Shown: in pieces, positions 12,224 to 26,493 of the stretch | How the letters are laid out: each line of letters opens with the position of its first letter | How positions within the stretch are numbered: the first letter of the stretch is position 1 | Assembly (NCBI GenBank): GCA_964016885.1 | Contig: OZ024751.1 | Span: forward strand, 43,586,001 to 43,650,000 | From: Eledone cirrhosa | Taxonomy: Eukaryota | DNA length: 64,000 nt | Direction: 5' to 3' | The notes under the pieces: generated by a model | Seen by the model: the letters and a program-made list of their open reading frames with translations, nothing else | Database searches by the model: none | Told to the model about the DNA's origin: nothing | Translations under genes and position numbers: made by a program

Positions 12224-12514
12224 GTATATATATGTATATATGTATATGTATATATGTATATATGTATATGTATATAAATATATGTATATGTATATAAATA
12301 TATGTATATATATATATGTATATGTATGTATATATATATAAATATATGTATATGTATATATATATATGTATATGTATGTATATATATATATAAATATATG
12401 TATATGTATATATATATATGTATATGTATGTATATATATATATAAATATATGTATATGTATATATATATATGTATATGTATGTATATATGTATATATATA
12501 TATGTGTATGTATG

Positions 12515-12549
<35 letters not shown>

Positions 12550-12574
12550 GTATATGTATATATGTATATGTATG

Positions 12575-12605
<31 letters not shown>

Positions 12606-12672
12606 GTATATGTATATATGTATATGTATGTATATATATATATATATGTATATGTATATATGTATATGTATG

Positions 12673-12703
<31 letters not shown>

Positions 12704-12746
12704 GTATATGTATATATGTATATGTATGTATATATATATATATATG

Positions 12747-12777
<31 letters not shown>

Positions 12778-12805
12778 GTATATGTATGTATATATATATA
12801 TATGT

Positions 12806-13076
12806 ATACGGGAGAGGAGACTGAGGTGGTATGGACATGTGATGCGCATGGAGGATGACCGATGGGTGAAGAAGTGCCAGGAATTGCCAGTTGAAGGAAG
12901 ACGTGGTAGAGGTAGACCACGAAAAACATGGGCGGAGGTGGTGAGAACAGACCTCAGATCATTGAAGCTCACGGTGGAGATGACGAGGGACCGTGACGAG
13001 TGGAGAGATGCTGTGCTGAATAAGACCCGTCCCACCCTTGCAAGCAGGGAAAAGCAGACGTAAAATGATGATGATG
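12806..13076 (+). mobile_element. RTE family 2, 3' fragment
   Basis: Encodes [16 protein letters not shown]...GRPRKTW...RDRDEWR; ORF runs almost to the (GAT)n tail. Confidence 0.92.
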
Positions 13077-13469
13077 TATGTATATGTATGTATATATATA
13101 TATATATATAATGTATGTATATATATATGTATATATGTATGTATATATATATGTATATATGTATGTATATATATATGTATATATGTATGTATATATATAT
13201 GTATATATGTATGTATATATATATGTATATGTATGCATGTATATATATATATATATATGTATATGTATGTATATATATATATATATATGTATATGTATGT
13301 ATATATATATATATATATATGTATGTATATATATATATATATATGTATATGTATGTATATATATATATATATATGTATATGTATGTATATATATATATAT
13401 ATATGTATATGTATATGTATGTATATATATATATATATATATGTATGTATATATATATATATATGTATG

Positions 13470-13503
<34 letters not shown>

Positions 13504-13507
13504 TATA

Positions 13508-14870
13508 TCATCATCATCATCATCAACGTTTAACGTCCGTGTTCCACGCTTGCATGGGTTTGGACGGGGGTAGTCCCACTTGAGGCAAGAGTGATTGTCT
13601 TGCTCGCATAGGACTGTCTGGCAGGTTTTCTACAGTTGGATGCCCTTCCTAACACCAACCACATTTACAGTGTGGGTCTGGGAGGTTTTTACCGTGTTGC
13701 CTACACGGCCACATTACAGCGTGGACTGTGTGTTTTTTTGTCGTGACACCTACACGATCTCATTTGTTTCGGCCTCGATGGCGCGGCACCAACATAACTT
13801 TACATAGAACGGGGTGGTGTGGATCGGGTGGGGGTGGTGGGACGGGGTGTATTTGTTAGAGATGCCTACTGGCTGGAGTAGGTTTTACTATATATTTAGG
13901 TAAGGCGGGTCTTCTCTGTTACTGAGTACCGCCAAAGGTCTCGGTCCAGTGACATTGTCTTGGAGAGGTGTAAGTGTGTGATGTCGGAGTTTATCAGCTC
14001 GTCCCAGGTTTTTCTAGGTCTGCCTATTCCGTGACTACCGTCTATCTTTATTGCCCTGCACTTTGTTATACAGCTATCGACTTTCATGCGCATCACGTGT
14101 CCATACCAACGTAGCCTTCTCTCGAGTAAACAACATCTGATCCCTCTTATCTCTAATTTATTCCTTAGTTCGTTTATGCTTTGCCGTTCACGTATATTAC
14201 TGTTACACATCCAGCGGAGCATGCAAGCTTCGTTCCTCTCTAGTCTGCGTATATCCTCTGCACACAATGCCCAGGTCTCACTGCCATGCAGCATTGCTGT
14301 TCGTATGCAGGCATCGTACAACCTGCCTTTCATTTTTAGTGAGAACCCTTTAGCAGCTAATAGTGGTGTAAGCTCTCTGAACTTTTTCCAACCAGTTCTG
14401 ACTCTAGCTACAGTACTTTCAGAGCACCCTCCCCCACTGCTGATTTTATCGCCCAGGTAACGGAAGCTGTCCACTATTTCTATAGAACCCTCTGCGCAAT
14501 TGAAAGAGCTAGTAGTTTGTGGGCACTTGCTGCTACTTATTGCACCAGAGCACCGGCCGCATGTAAAATCTATGTTCTTAGTTAGCCTACCTGTGATCCC
14601 ACTACATCTTTTATGCACCCATACTTTGCATTTAGGACATAAAATGGAGTTTCTACCTACGCCTTTCCTACACACCGAGCACGACCATTTCCCAGAAGGG
14701 ACCGCCGCCTTGTTTTCTTTCCTACAAACTAGTACTTTGGTCTTAGCCAGGTTAATTTTAAGTCCTTTTGACTCTAGGCCGTGCTTCCATGTTTGGAATT
14801 TCTTCTCTAGCTCGGCCATTGATTCCGCTATGAGTGTCAGGTCGTCTGCGTATAGGAGTTCCCATGGGCA
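13508..14870 (-). mobile_element. RTE family 1, 5'-truncated copy, frame open
   Basis: CPWELLYADDL to KTRLT (stop 13896), PHD finger, 3' UTR and tail; TA tracts on both sides. Confidence 0.95.
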
Positions 14871-14874
14871 TATG

Positions 14875-14929
<55 letters not shown>

Positions 14930-14930
<1 letters not shown>

Positions 14931-15095
14931 ATATAACATCAAAAGATGGTTAAAGGAGTTCCATGTATTTTATTATGCGCATTTCAAAAACAAACATCAT
15001 CATGCAATAATATTTGTGTTTTCATCAGATAAAACAGGAGAACATGATATGAAGGCTAAAAAACACTTGTGGATAGTGCAGTTTTAAATCAACAT
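14930..15095 (-). mobile_element. Hammerhead element, family D copy 1
   Basis: ~165 bp, nearly identical to the reverse complement of 62126-62295, same boundaries, in (TA)n. Confidence 0.85.
14967..15035 (-). ncRNA. Type I hammerhead ribozyme, family D
   Basis: Reverse complement of 62188-62256. Confidence 0.85.
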
Positions 15096-15151
15096 ATATA
15101 TGTATATATATATATATATGTATATATATGTATGTATATATATATATGTAT

Positions 15152-15993
15152 GTTCTTCCACGCTAGCATGGGTTAGACGGGTTGTCCTGTTGTGGGCAGT
15201 GTCTGGTCGGCTGACCATGCCTTGCTCATACAGGAACTGATTTGGCTCTTGATTTCTACAGCTGGATGCCCTTCCTAACACCAACCTCATTTACAGTGAG
15301 TGCTGGGTGCTTTTTCGTGGCGCCTACACGTCCACTTTACAGTGAGGGCTGGGTGCTTTTTTGCCGTGGCACCTCCACGACCACCTTGCAGTGGTGGGTG
15401 TGGGGGCATATTGTCTATATGCTTCAGCTTGTACCCATGGGAGGTCGGGTACTCAGTATTACTGCATGACGCCAGAGGTCACGGTCGTGTGTCATCGCCT
15501 TTGAGAGGTGTAATTGGGTAAGGTCGGCTTTTATCACCTCATCCCAGGTCATCTTGGGTCTCCGCACTCCGCGGTTTCCATCGACTTCTAGTGCTCTGCA
15601 CCTTTTTATGCAGCTGTCATCCTTCATACGCATCACATGTCCATACCAATGCAACCGCCTCCTGCACGCAGCATTTGATTCCTCTTATGCTCAGTCTCTC
15701 TCTCAATTCATTTATGCTTTGTCGTTCGCGTATATTACTATTACACATCCATCGGAGCATGCAGGCTTCATTGCTCTCTAATCTACGTAAATCTTCCACC
15801 TTCAGCGCCCAGGTCTCACTACCATGTAACATTGCTGTTCGGATACACGCATCATACAGTCTGCCTTTCATTCTGAGGGAGAAGCCTTTTGCAGCTAGCA
15901 GTGGTAGTAGTTCCCTAAACTTCTACCATCCCGTTCTTACCCTAGTTATTGTACTTTCTGAACACCCACCTCCGCTGCTAATTCGGTCACCTA
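15152..15993 (-). mobile_element. RTE family 1-related subfamily, truncated and frameshifted
   Basis: [20 protein letters not shown] and [11 protein letters not shown] in different frames; different 3' UTR. Confidence 0.92.
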
Positions 15994-16089
15994 TGTATAT
16001 ATATATATATATGTATGTATATGTATGTTTGTATATATATATATATATATATGTGTATATATATATATATATGTATGTATATATATATG

Positions 16090-16130
<41 letters not shown>

Positions 16131-16155
16131 GTATGTATATATATATATATGTATG

Positions 16156-16216
<61 letters not shown>

Positions 16217-16463
16217 GTATGTATATATATATGTATGTATATATATATGTATGTATATATGTATGTATATATATATGTATGTATATATATATGTATGTAT
16301 ATATATATGTATATATATATATGTATGTATATATATATATATGTATGTATATGTATATATATATGTATGTATATGTATATATATATGTATGTATATGTAT
16401 ATATATATGTATGTATATGTATATATATATGTATGTATATGTATATATATATGTATGTATATG

Positions 16464-16520
<57 letters not shown>

Positions 16521-16709
16521 GTATGTATATGTATATATATATGTATGTATATGTATATATATATGTATGTATATGTATATATATATGTATGTATATGTAT
16601 ATATATATGTATGTATATGTATATATATATGTATGTATATGTATATATATATATGTATGTATATGTATATATATATGTATGTATATGTATATATATATGT
16701 ATGTATATG

Positions 16710-16784
<75 letters not shown>

Positions 16785-16797
16785 GTATATATATATG

Positions 16798-16873
<76 letters not shown>

Positions 16874-16907
16874 TGTATGTATATATATATATATATGTAT
16901 GTATATT

Positions 16908-17002
<95 letters not shown>

Positions 17003-17013
17003 GTATGTATATG

Positions 17014-17060
<47 letters not shown>

Positions 17061-17091
17061 GTATATATATATATGTATATGTATATATATG

Positions 17092-17122
<31 letters not shown>

Positions 17123-17153
17123 GTATATATATATATGTATATGTATATATATG

Positions 17154-17184
<31 letters not shown>

Positions 17185-17215
17185 GTATATATATATATGT
17201 ATATGTATATATATG

Positions 17216-17303
<88 letters not shown>

Positions 17304-17311
17304 TGTATATG

Positions 17312-17368
<57 letters not shown>

Positions 17369-17375
17369 GTATATG

Positions 17376-17406
<31 letters not shown>

Positions 17407-17515
17407 GTATATGTATATATATATATATGTATATATGTATATATATATGTATGTATATGTATATATGTATGTATATGTATATATATATGTATGTATATGA
17501 ATATATATATGTATG

Positions 17516-17554
<39 letters not shown>

Positions 17555-18181
17555 ATGTATATATAGATATATATATGTATATATAGATATATATATGTAT
17601 GTATATGTATATATAGATATATATGTATATATAGATATATATATGTATGTATATGTATATATGTATGTATATGTATGTATGTATATGTATATATATATAT
17701 ATATATGTATGTATATGTATATATATATATGTATGTATATATATATATATATGTATGTATATATATATATATGTATGTATATGTATATATATATGTATGT
17801 ATATATATATATATATGTATGTATATATATATATATATGTATGTATATATATATATATATATGTATATGTATATATATATATGTATGTATGTATATGTAT
17901 ATATATATATGTATGTATGTATATGTATATGTATATATATGTATGTATATGTATATATATATATGTATGTATGTATATGTATATATATATATGTATGTAT
18001 GTATATGTATATATATATATGTATGTATGTATATGTATATATATATATATATGTATGTATATGTATATGTATATATATATATATATGTATGTATATGTAT
18101 ATATATATGTATGTATATATATATGTATGTATATGTATATATATATGTATGTATATATATATATATATATGTATATATATG

Positions 18182-18220
<39 letters not shown>

Positions 18221-18571
18221 GTATATATATATGTATGTATATATATATATATATATATGTATATGTATATATATATGTATGTATATGTGTATATATATGT
18301 ATGTATATGTATATATATATGTATGTATATGTATATATATATATATGTATATGTTATATATATATATATGTATGTATATGTATGTATATGTATATATATA
18401 TATGTATATATATATATATGTATATGTATATATATATATATGTATGTATATGTATATATATATATATATGTATGTATATGTATATATATATATATATGTA
18501 TGTATATGTATATATATATATATATGTATGTATATGTATATATATATATATGTATGTATATGTATATATAT

Positions 18572-18603
<32 letters not shown>

Positions 18604-18661
18604 GTATATGTATATGTATATATGTATATGTATATATATGTGTATATGTGTATATATATAT

Positions 18662-18777
18662 ATCATCATCATCATCATCATCATTTACGTCCGCTTTTCC
18701 CTGCTTGCAAGGGTGGGACGGGTCTTATTCAGCACAGCATCTCTCCACTCGTCACGGTCCCTCGTCATCTCCACCGT
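18662..18777 (-). mobile_element. RTE family 2, short 3' fragment
   Basis: [30 protein letters not shown] plus (GAT)n; nearly identical to 12970-13075. Confidence 0.92.
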
Positions 18778-18838
18778 GTATATATATGTATATATATATG
18801 TATATATATATGTATGTATATATATATGTATGTATATG

Positions 18839-18873
<35 letters not shown>

Positions 18874-19281
18874 GTATGTATATATATATATGTATGTATA
18901 TGTATATATATATATATGTATGTATATATATATGTATGTATATGTATATATATATATATGTATATATATATGTATGTATATATATATGTATGTATATGTA
19001 TATATATATATGTATGTATATGTATATATATATATGTATGTATATGTATATATGTATGTATATGTATATATATATATGTATGTATATGTATATATATGTA
19101 TGTATATGTATATATATATATGTATGTATATGTATATATATATATGTATATGTATATATATATATATGTATATATATATGTATATATATATATATGTATA
19201 TGTATATATATATATGTATATATATATGTATATATATATATATATGTATGTATATATATATGTATGTATATGTATATATAA

Positions 19282-19313
<32 letters not shown>

Positions 19314-19343
19314 GTATGTATATGTATATATAAATATATATAT

Positions 19344-19456
<113 letters not shown>

Positions 19457-19457
19457 G

Positions 19458-19488
<31 letters not shown>

Positions 19489-19511
19489 GTATATATATAT
19501 GTATATATATA

Positions 19512-19544
<33 letters not shown>

Positions 19545-19553
19545 ATATATATG

Positions 19554-19608
<55 letters not shown>

Positions 19609-19788
19609 GTATGTATGTAATATATATATATATGTATGTATGTATATATATATATATGTATGTATGTATATATATATATATGTATGTATGTATATATATA
19701 TATATGTATGTATATGTATATATATATATATGTATGTATATGTATATATATATATATGTATGTATATGTATATATATATATATGTATG

Positions 19789-19859
<71 letters not shown>

Positions 19860-19890
19860 GTATATATATATATATGTATATATATATATG

Positions 19891-19921
<31 letters not shown>

Positions 19922-20339
19922 GTATATATATATGTATATGTATATATATATGTATGTATATGTATATATATGTTTGTATATGTATATATATGTATGTATA
20001 TATATGTATATATATGTTTGTATATGTATATATATGTATGTATATATATGTATATATATGTATGTATATGTATATATGTATATATATATATGTATATGTA
20101 TATGTATGTATGTATATATATGTATATGTATATGTATGTATATGTATATATATATATATATGTATATGTATGTATATATATATATATGTATGTATATATG
20201 TATGTATATGTATATATGTATGTATATGTATATATATATATATATGTATATGTATGTATATGTATGTATATATGTATGTATATATATATGTATGTATATG
20301 TATAATATATATATATGTATATATATATATATGTATGTG

Positions 20340-20392
<53 letters not shown>

Positions 20393-20399
20393 GTATGTG

Positions 20400-20430
<31 letters not shown>

Positions 20431-20437
20431 GTATGTG

Positions 20438-20470
<33 letters not shown>

Positions 20471-20609
20471 ATGTATGTATATATATATTTGTATGTATGT
20501 ATATGTATGTATATATATATGTGTATATATATATATGTATGTATATATATATGTGTATATATATATATATATATGTGTATATATATATATGTATGTATAT
20601 ATATATGTG

Positions 20610-20640
<31 letters not shown>

Positions 20641-21256
20641 ATGTATGTATATGTATATGTATGTATATATATATGTGTATATATATATATATGTATGTAT
20701 ATATATATGTGTATATATATATACATATATGTATATGTATATGTATATGTATGTATATATATATATGTATATGTATGTATATATATATATGTGTATATAT
20801 ATATACATATATGTATATGTATATGTATGTATATATATATATATGTATATATATATGTATGTATATATATATGTATGTATATATATATATGTATATATAT
20901 ATGTATATGTATGTATATATATATGTATGTATATGTATGTATATATATATGTATGTATATGTATATATATATACGTATATATATGTATGTATGTATATGT
21001 ATGTATGTGTATATATAGGTATGTATGTATATGTATGTGTATATATATGTATGTGTATATATATATATATAGGTATGTATGTATATGTATGTGTATATAT
21101 ATGTATGTGTATATATATATATATGTATATATATACATATATATACATATGTATATTTATATATATACATATATATATATATGTATGTATATACATATGT
21201 ATATTTATATATATACATATATATATATGTATGTATGTATATACATATATATATAT

Positions 21257-21323
21257 TTATTAAAATAAATATTAAATTATCGAGCCCTCTTTGGATTTTA
21301 GCCTTCAATTTTATTATTATTAC
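21257..21323 (+). mobile_element. TA-embedded insert, family G (internally deleted form)
   Basis: Both ends match the reverse complement of 53161-53293; motif tatcgagccct at 21278-21288. Confidence 0.65.
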
Positions 21324-21361
21324 ATATATATATATATATATGCATGTATATGTATATATAT

Positions 21362-21702
21362 ATCATCATCATCATTTCATTTTACGTCTGCTTTTCCCTG
21401 CTTGCAAGGGTGGGACGGGATTTGATGCTGGCTTGATTTCTACAGCTGGATGCCCTTCCTAACACCAACCTCATTTACAGTGAGTGTTGGGTGCTTTATT
21501 GCCGTGGCACCTACACGACCACTTTGCAGTGGAATGATATGGACCCCAGTCCCTATCATCTCATTTCTACAGCTGAGGAAACTGGAGCAATGTGAAATAA
21601 AGTGTCTTGTTCAAGGAAACAACACATCACTCGGTCTGAGAATTGAACTCACAACCTTTCGATTGCAAGCCCAATGCTCTAACCACTAAGCCATGTGCCT
21701 CC
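21362..21702 (-). mobile_element. tRNA-derived SINE family 1
   Basis: Full-length reverse-complement homologue of 5165-5510. Confidence 0.9.
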
Positions 21703-21823
21703 ATATATATGTATGTATATATATATATATATGTATAAGTTATAATCCAAACCTCGGTTTGGAGGAAACAATTGTAAGCATACAAATGATTTGATCAGAA
21801 CTTTGATTCTTATAACTTATATA

Positions 21824-21987
21824 TAACTGCTCTGTAAAACATCTAATGTTAGTACATTGAGCTATTTAACTTACTGGTAATAAGGTAATAATATATTACT
21901 GCCTATCACTATTTAGGGTTTGTAAAAATATATATAACTACAAAAGGTTTTTGTATTTGCATAACCATAGATAGTATCCTTAATACT
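21824..21987. mobile_element. TA-embedded insert, family C copy 1
   Basis: Homologous end to end with 62373-62533 (taactgctctgta...agtatccttaata). Confidence 0.7.
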
Positions 21988-22072
21988 ATATATATATATG
22001 TATATATATATATGTAGGTATATATATGTATGTATATGTATGTATATATATATTATTGCTATAAATAATGTT

Positions 22073-22275
22073 CATCATCATTTTGACATGTGTTGGACGG
22101 GTCTTTTCCAGCTCAGCTTCTCTCCATTTGTATTCTTTCAACATCTGTTAGATCAACTTTCACCACTTCTGTCTCGGTTTTCCTTGGTCATCGTCTTCTG
22201 CAGGTTCCTTCCACTGAGGAACTCTTGGCACTTCTTCAACTGACAATCCTCAATATTCATATGTATCACCATGTG
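22073..22275 (-). mobile_element. Old RTE 3' remnant
   Basis: catcatcatttt...ggacgggtctt...ctctccattt...tggcacttcttca resembles the reverse complement of family 2. Confidence 0.7.
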
Positions 22276-24858
22276 TATCAGGTTTAGAATAGGTACGCTG
22301 TATCTCTGTGTGTATCTGGTTTAGAATAGGTACACTGTATCTCTGTGTCTATCTGGTTTAGAATAGGTACACTGTATCCCTGTGTGTATCAGGTTTATAA
22401 TAGGTACACTGTATCCCTGTGTGTATCAGGTTTAGAATAGGTACACTGTATCCCTGTGTGTATCTGGTTTAGAATAGGTACACTGTATCCCTGTGTGTAT
22501 CAGGTTTATAATAGGTACACTGTATCCCTGTGTGTATCAGGTTTAGAATAGGTACGCTGTATCTCTGTGTCTATCTGGTTTAGAATAGGTACACTGTATC
22601 CCTGTGTGTATCAGGTTTATAATAGGTACACTGTATCTCTGTGTGTATCTGGTTTAGAATAGGTACACTGTATCCCTGTGTGTATCTGGTTTAGAATAGG
22701 TACACTGTATCCCTGTGTGTATCAGGTTTAGAATAGGTACACTGTATCCCTGTGTGTATCTGGTTTAGAATAGGTACACTGTATCCCTGTGTGTATCTGG
22801 TTTAGAATAGGTACACTGTATCCCTGTGTGTATCTGGTTTAGAATAGGTACACTGTATCCCTGTGTGTATCTGGTTTAGAATAGGTACGCTGTATCTCTG
22901 TGTGTATCAGATTTAGAATAGGTACACTGTATCACCATGTGTATCAGGTTTAGAATAGGTACACTGTATAATGTGTGTATCTGGTTTAGAATAGGTACAC
23001 TGTATCCCTGTGTGTATCTGGTTTAGAATAGGTACACTGTATCCCTGTGTGTATCTGGTTTAGAATAGGTACGCTGTATCTCTGTGTGTATCAGATTTAG
23101 AATAGGTACACTGTATCACCATGTGTATCAGGTTTAGAATAGGTACACTGTATAACGTGTGTATCTGGTTTAGAATAGGTACACTGTATCCCTGTGTGTA
23201 TCTGGTTTAGAATAGGTACACTGTATCCCTGTGTGTATCTGGTTTAGAATAGGTACGCTGTATCTCTGTGTGTATCAGATTTAGAATAGGTACACTGTAT
23301 CACCATGTGTATCAGGTTTAGAATAGGTACACTGTATAACGTGTGTATCTGGTTTAGAATAGGTACACTGTATCCCTGTGTGTATCAGGTTTATAATAGG
23401 TACACTGTATAACGTGTGTATCTGGTTTAGAATAGGTACGCTGTATCTCTGTGTGTATCAGATTTAGAATAGGTACACTGTATCCCTGTGTGTATCTGGT
23501 TTAGAATAGGTACACTGTATCCCTGTGTGTATCTGGTTTAGAATAGGTACACTGTATCCCTGTGTGTATCAGGTTTAGAATAGGTACACTGTATCCCTGT
23601 GTGTATCTGGTTTAGAATAGGTACACTGTATCCCTGTGTGTATCAGGTTTAGATTAGGTACACTGTATAATGTGTGTATCTGGTTTAGAATAGGTACACT
23701 GTATCCCTGTGTGTATCTGGTTTATAATAGGTACACTGTATCCCTGTGTGTATCTGGTTTAGAATAGGTACACTGTATCCCTGTGTGTATCTGGTTTATA
23801 ATAGGTACACTGTATCCCTGTGTGTATCTAGTTTAGAATAGGTACACTGTATCCCTGTGTGTATCTGGTTTAGAATAGGTACACTGTATCCCTGTGTGTA
23901 TCTGGTTTAGAATAGGTACACTGTATCCCTGTGTGTATCTGGTTTAGAATAGGTACACTGTATCTCTGTGTCTATCTGGTTTAGAATAGGTACACTGTAT
24001 CCCTGTGTGTATCTGGTTTAGATTAGGTACACTGTATCCCTGTGTGTATCTGGTTTAGAATAGGTACACTGTATCCCTGTGTGTATCTGGTTTAGAATAG
24101 GTACACTGTATCCCTGTGTGTATCAGGTTTAGATTAGGTACACTGTATAATGTGTGTATCTGGTTTATAATAGGTACACTGTATCCCTGTGTGTATCTGG
24201 TTTAGAATAGGTACACTGTATCCCTGTGTGTATCTGGTTTAGAATAGGTACACTGTATCCCTGTGTGTATCTGGTTTAGAATAGGTACACTGTATCCCTG
24301 TGTGTATCTGGTTTAGAATAGGTACACTGTATCCCTGTGTGTATCTGGTTTAGAATAGGTACACTGTATCCCTGTGTGTATCTGGTTTAGAATAGGTACA
24401 CTGTATCCCTGTGTATTTGGTTTAGAATAGGTACACTGTATTCCTGTGTGTATCAGGTTTAGAATAGGTACACTGTATCCCTGTGTGTATCTGGTTTAGA
24501 ATAGGTACACTGTATCCCTGTGTGTATCAGGTTTAGAATAGGTACACTGTATCCCTGTGTGTATCAGGTTTAGAATAGGTACACTGTATCCCTGTGTGTA
24601 TCAGGTTTAGAATAGGTACACTGTATCCCTGTGTGTATCAGGTTTAGAATAGGTACACTGTATCCCTGTGTGTATCAGGTTTAGAATAGGTACACTGTAT
24701 CCCTGTGTGTATCAGGTTTAGAATAGGTACACTGTATCCCTGTGTGTATCAGGTTTAGAATAGGTACACTGTATCCCTGTGTGTATCAGGTTTAGAATAG
24801 GTACACTGTATCCCTGTGTGTATCAGGTTTAGAATAGGTACACTGTATCCCTGTGTGT
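22273..24858. repeat. 37-bp minisatellite, ~70 units
   Basis: ggtttagaataggtacactgtatccctgtgtgtatc(a/t) repeated. Confidence 0.97.
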
Positions 24859-24912
24859 AGCACTGTTTATATATATATATGTAGCACTGTTTATATATAT
24901 ATATATATGTAG

Positions 24913-26491
24913 CGCTCCATTATCTGGTGGGCTCTTCGAAAACTAGGCGTTGACGAATGGCTTGTGAGAGCTATACAAGCCATGTATAAAGAAACAGTCA
25001 GCAAGGTTAGAATTAACAACGAATATAGTGAAGAGTTTAGCGTAAAAGTTGGCGTCCATCAGGGCTCTGTTCTCAGCCCCCTACTATTTATTATTGCCCT
25101 TCAGGCTATAACACAGGAGTTCAAGACCGGCTGCCCATGGGAACTCCTATACGCAGACGACCTGACACTCATAGCTGAATCAATGGCCGAGCTAGAGAAG
25201 AAATTCCAAACATGGAAGCACGGCCTAGAATCAAAAGGACTTAAAATTAACCTGGCTAAGACTAAAGTTCTAGTTTGTAGGAAAGAAAATAAGGCGGCAG
25301 TCCCTTCTGGGAAATGGTCATGCTCAGTGTGTAGGAAAGGCGTAGGTAGAAACTCCATTTTATGTCCTAAATGCAAAGTATGGGTGCATAAAAGATGTAG
25401 TGGGATCACAGGTAAGCTAACTAAGAACATAGATTTTACATGTGGCCGGTGCTCTTGTGCAATAAGTAGCAGCAAGTGCCCACAAAATACTAGCTCTTTC
25501 AATTGCGCAGAGGGTTCTATAGAAATAGTGGACAGCTTCCATTACCTGGGCGATAAAATCAGCAGTGGGGGAGGGTGCTCTGAAAGTACAGTAGCTAGAG
25601 TCAGAACTGGTTGGAAAAAGTTCAGAGAGCTTATACCACTATTAGCTGCTAAAGGGTTCTCCCTAAAAATTAAAGGCAGGTTGTACGATGCCTGCATATG
25701 AACAGCAATGTTGCATGGCAGTGAGACCTGGGCATTGTGTGCAGAGGATATACGCAGACTAGAGAGGAACGAAGCTTGCATGCTCTGCTGGATGTGTAAC
25801 AGTAATATACGTGAACGGCAAAGCATAAACGAACTAAGGAAATAATTAGAAATAAGAGGGATCAGATGTTGTTTACTCGAGAGAAGGCTACGTTGGTATG
25901 GACACGTGATGCGCATGAAAGTCGATAGCTGTATAACAAAGTGCAGGGCAATAAAGATAGACGGTAGCCACGGAATAGGCAGACCTAGAAAAACCTGGGA
26001 CGAGCTGAAAAACTCCGACCTCACACACTTACACCTCTCCAAGACAATGTCACTGGACCGAGACCTTTGGCGGTACTCAGTAACAGAGAAGACCCGCCTT
26101 ACCTAAATACATAGTAAAACCTACTACAGCCAGTAGGCATCTCTAACAAAATACACCCCGTCCCATCCACACCACTCCGTTCTATGGAAAGTTATGTTGG
26201 TGTCGCGCCATCCAGGCCGAAACAAATGAGATTGTGTAGGTGTCACGACAAAAAAACACACAGTCCACGCTGTAATGTGGCCGTGTAGGCAACACGGTAA
26301 AAACCTCCCAGACCCACACTGTAAATGTGGTTGGTGTTAGGAAGGGCATCCAACTGTAGAAAACCTGCCAGACAGTCCTATGCGAGCAAGACAATCACTC
26401 TTGCCTCAAGTGGGACTACCCCCGTCCAAACCCATGCAAGCGTGGAACACGGACGTTAAACATTGATGATGATGATGATGATGATGATGAT
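24913..26491 (+). mobile_element. RTE family 1, 5'-truncated, with in-frame stops
   Basis: GVHQGSVLSPLLF, YADD, PHD finger; TGA at 25699-25701 and TAA near 25843; 3' UTR and (GAT)n. Confidence 0.95.
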
Positions 26492-26493
26492 AC

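Noticed and set aside
22273-24858. 37-bp repeat of CRISPR repeat length
   Set aside because: Head-to-tail units with no unique spacers
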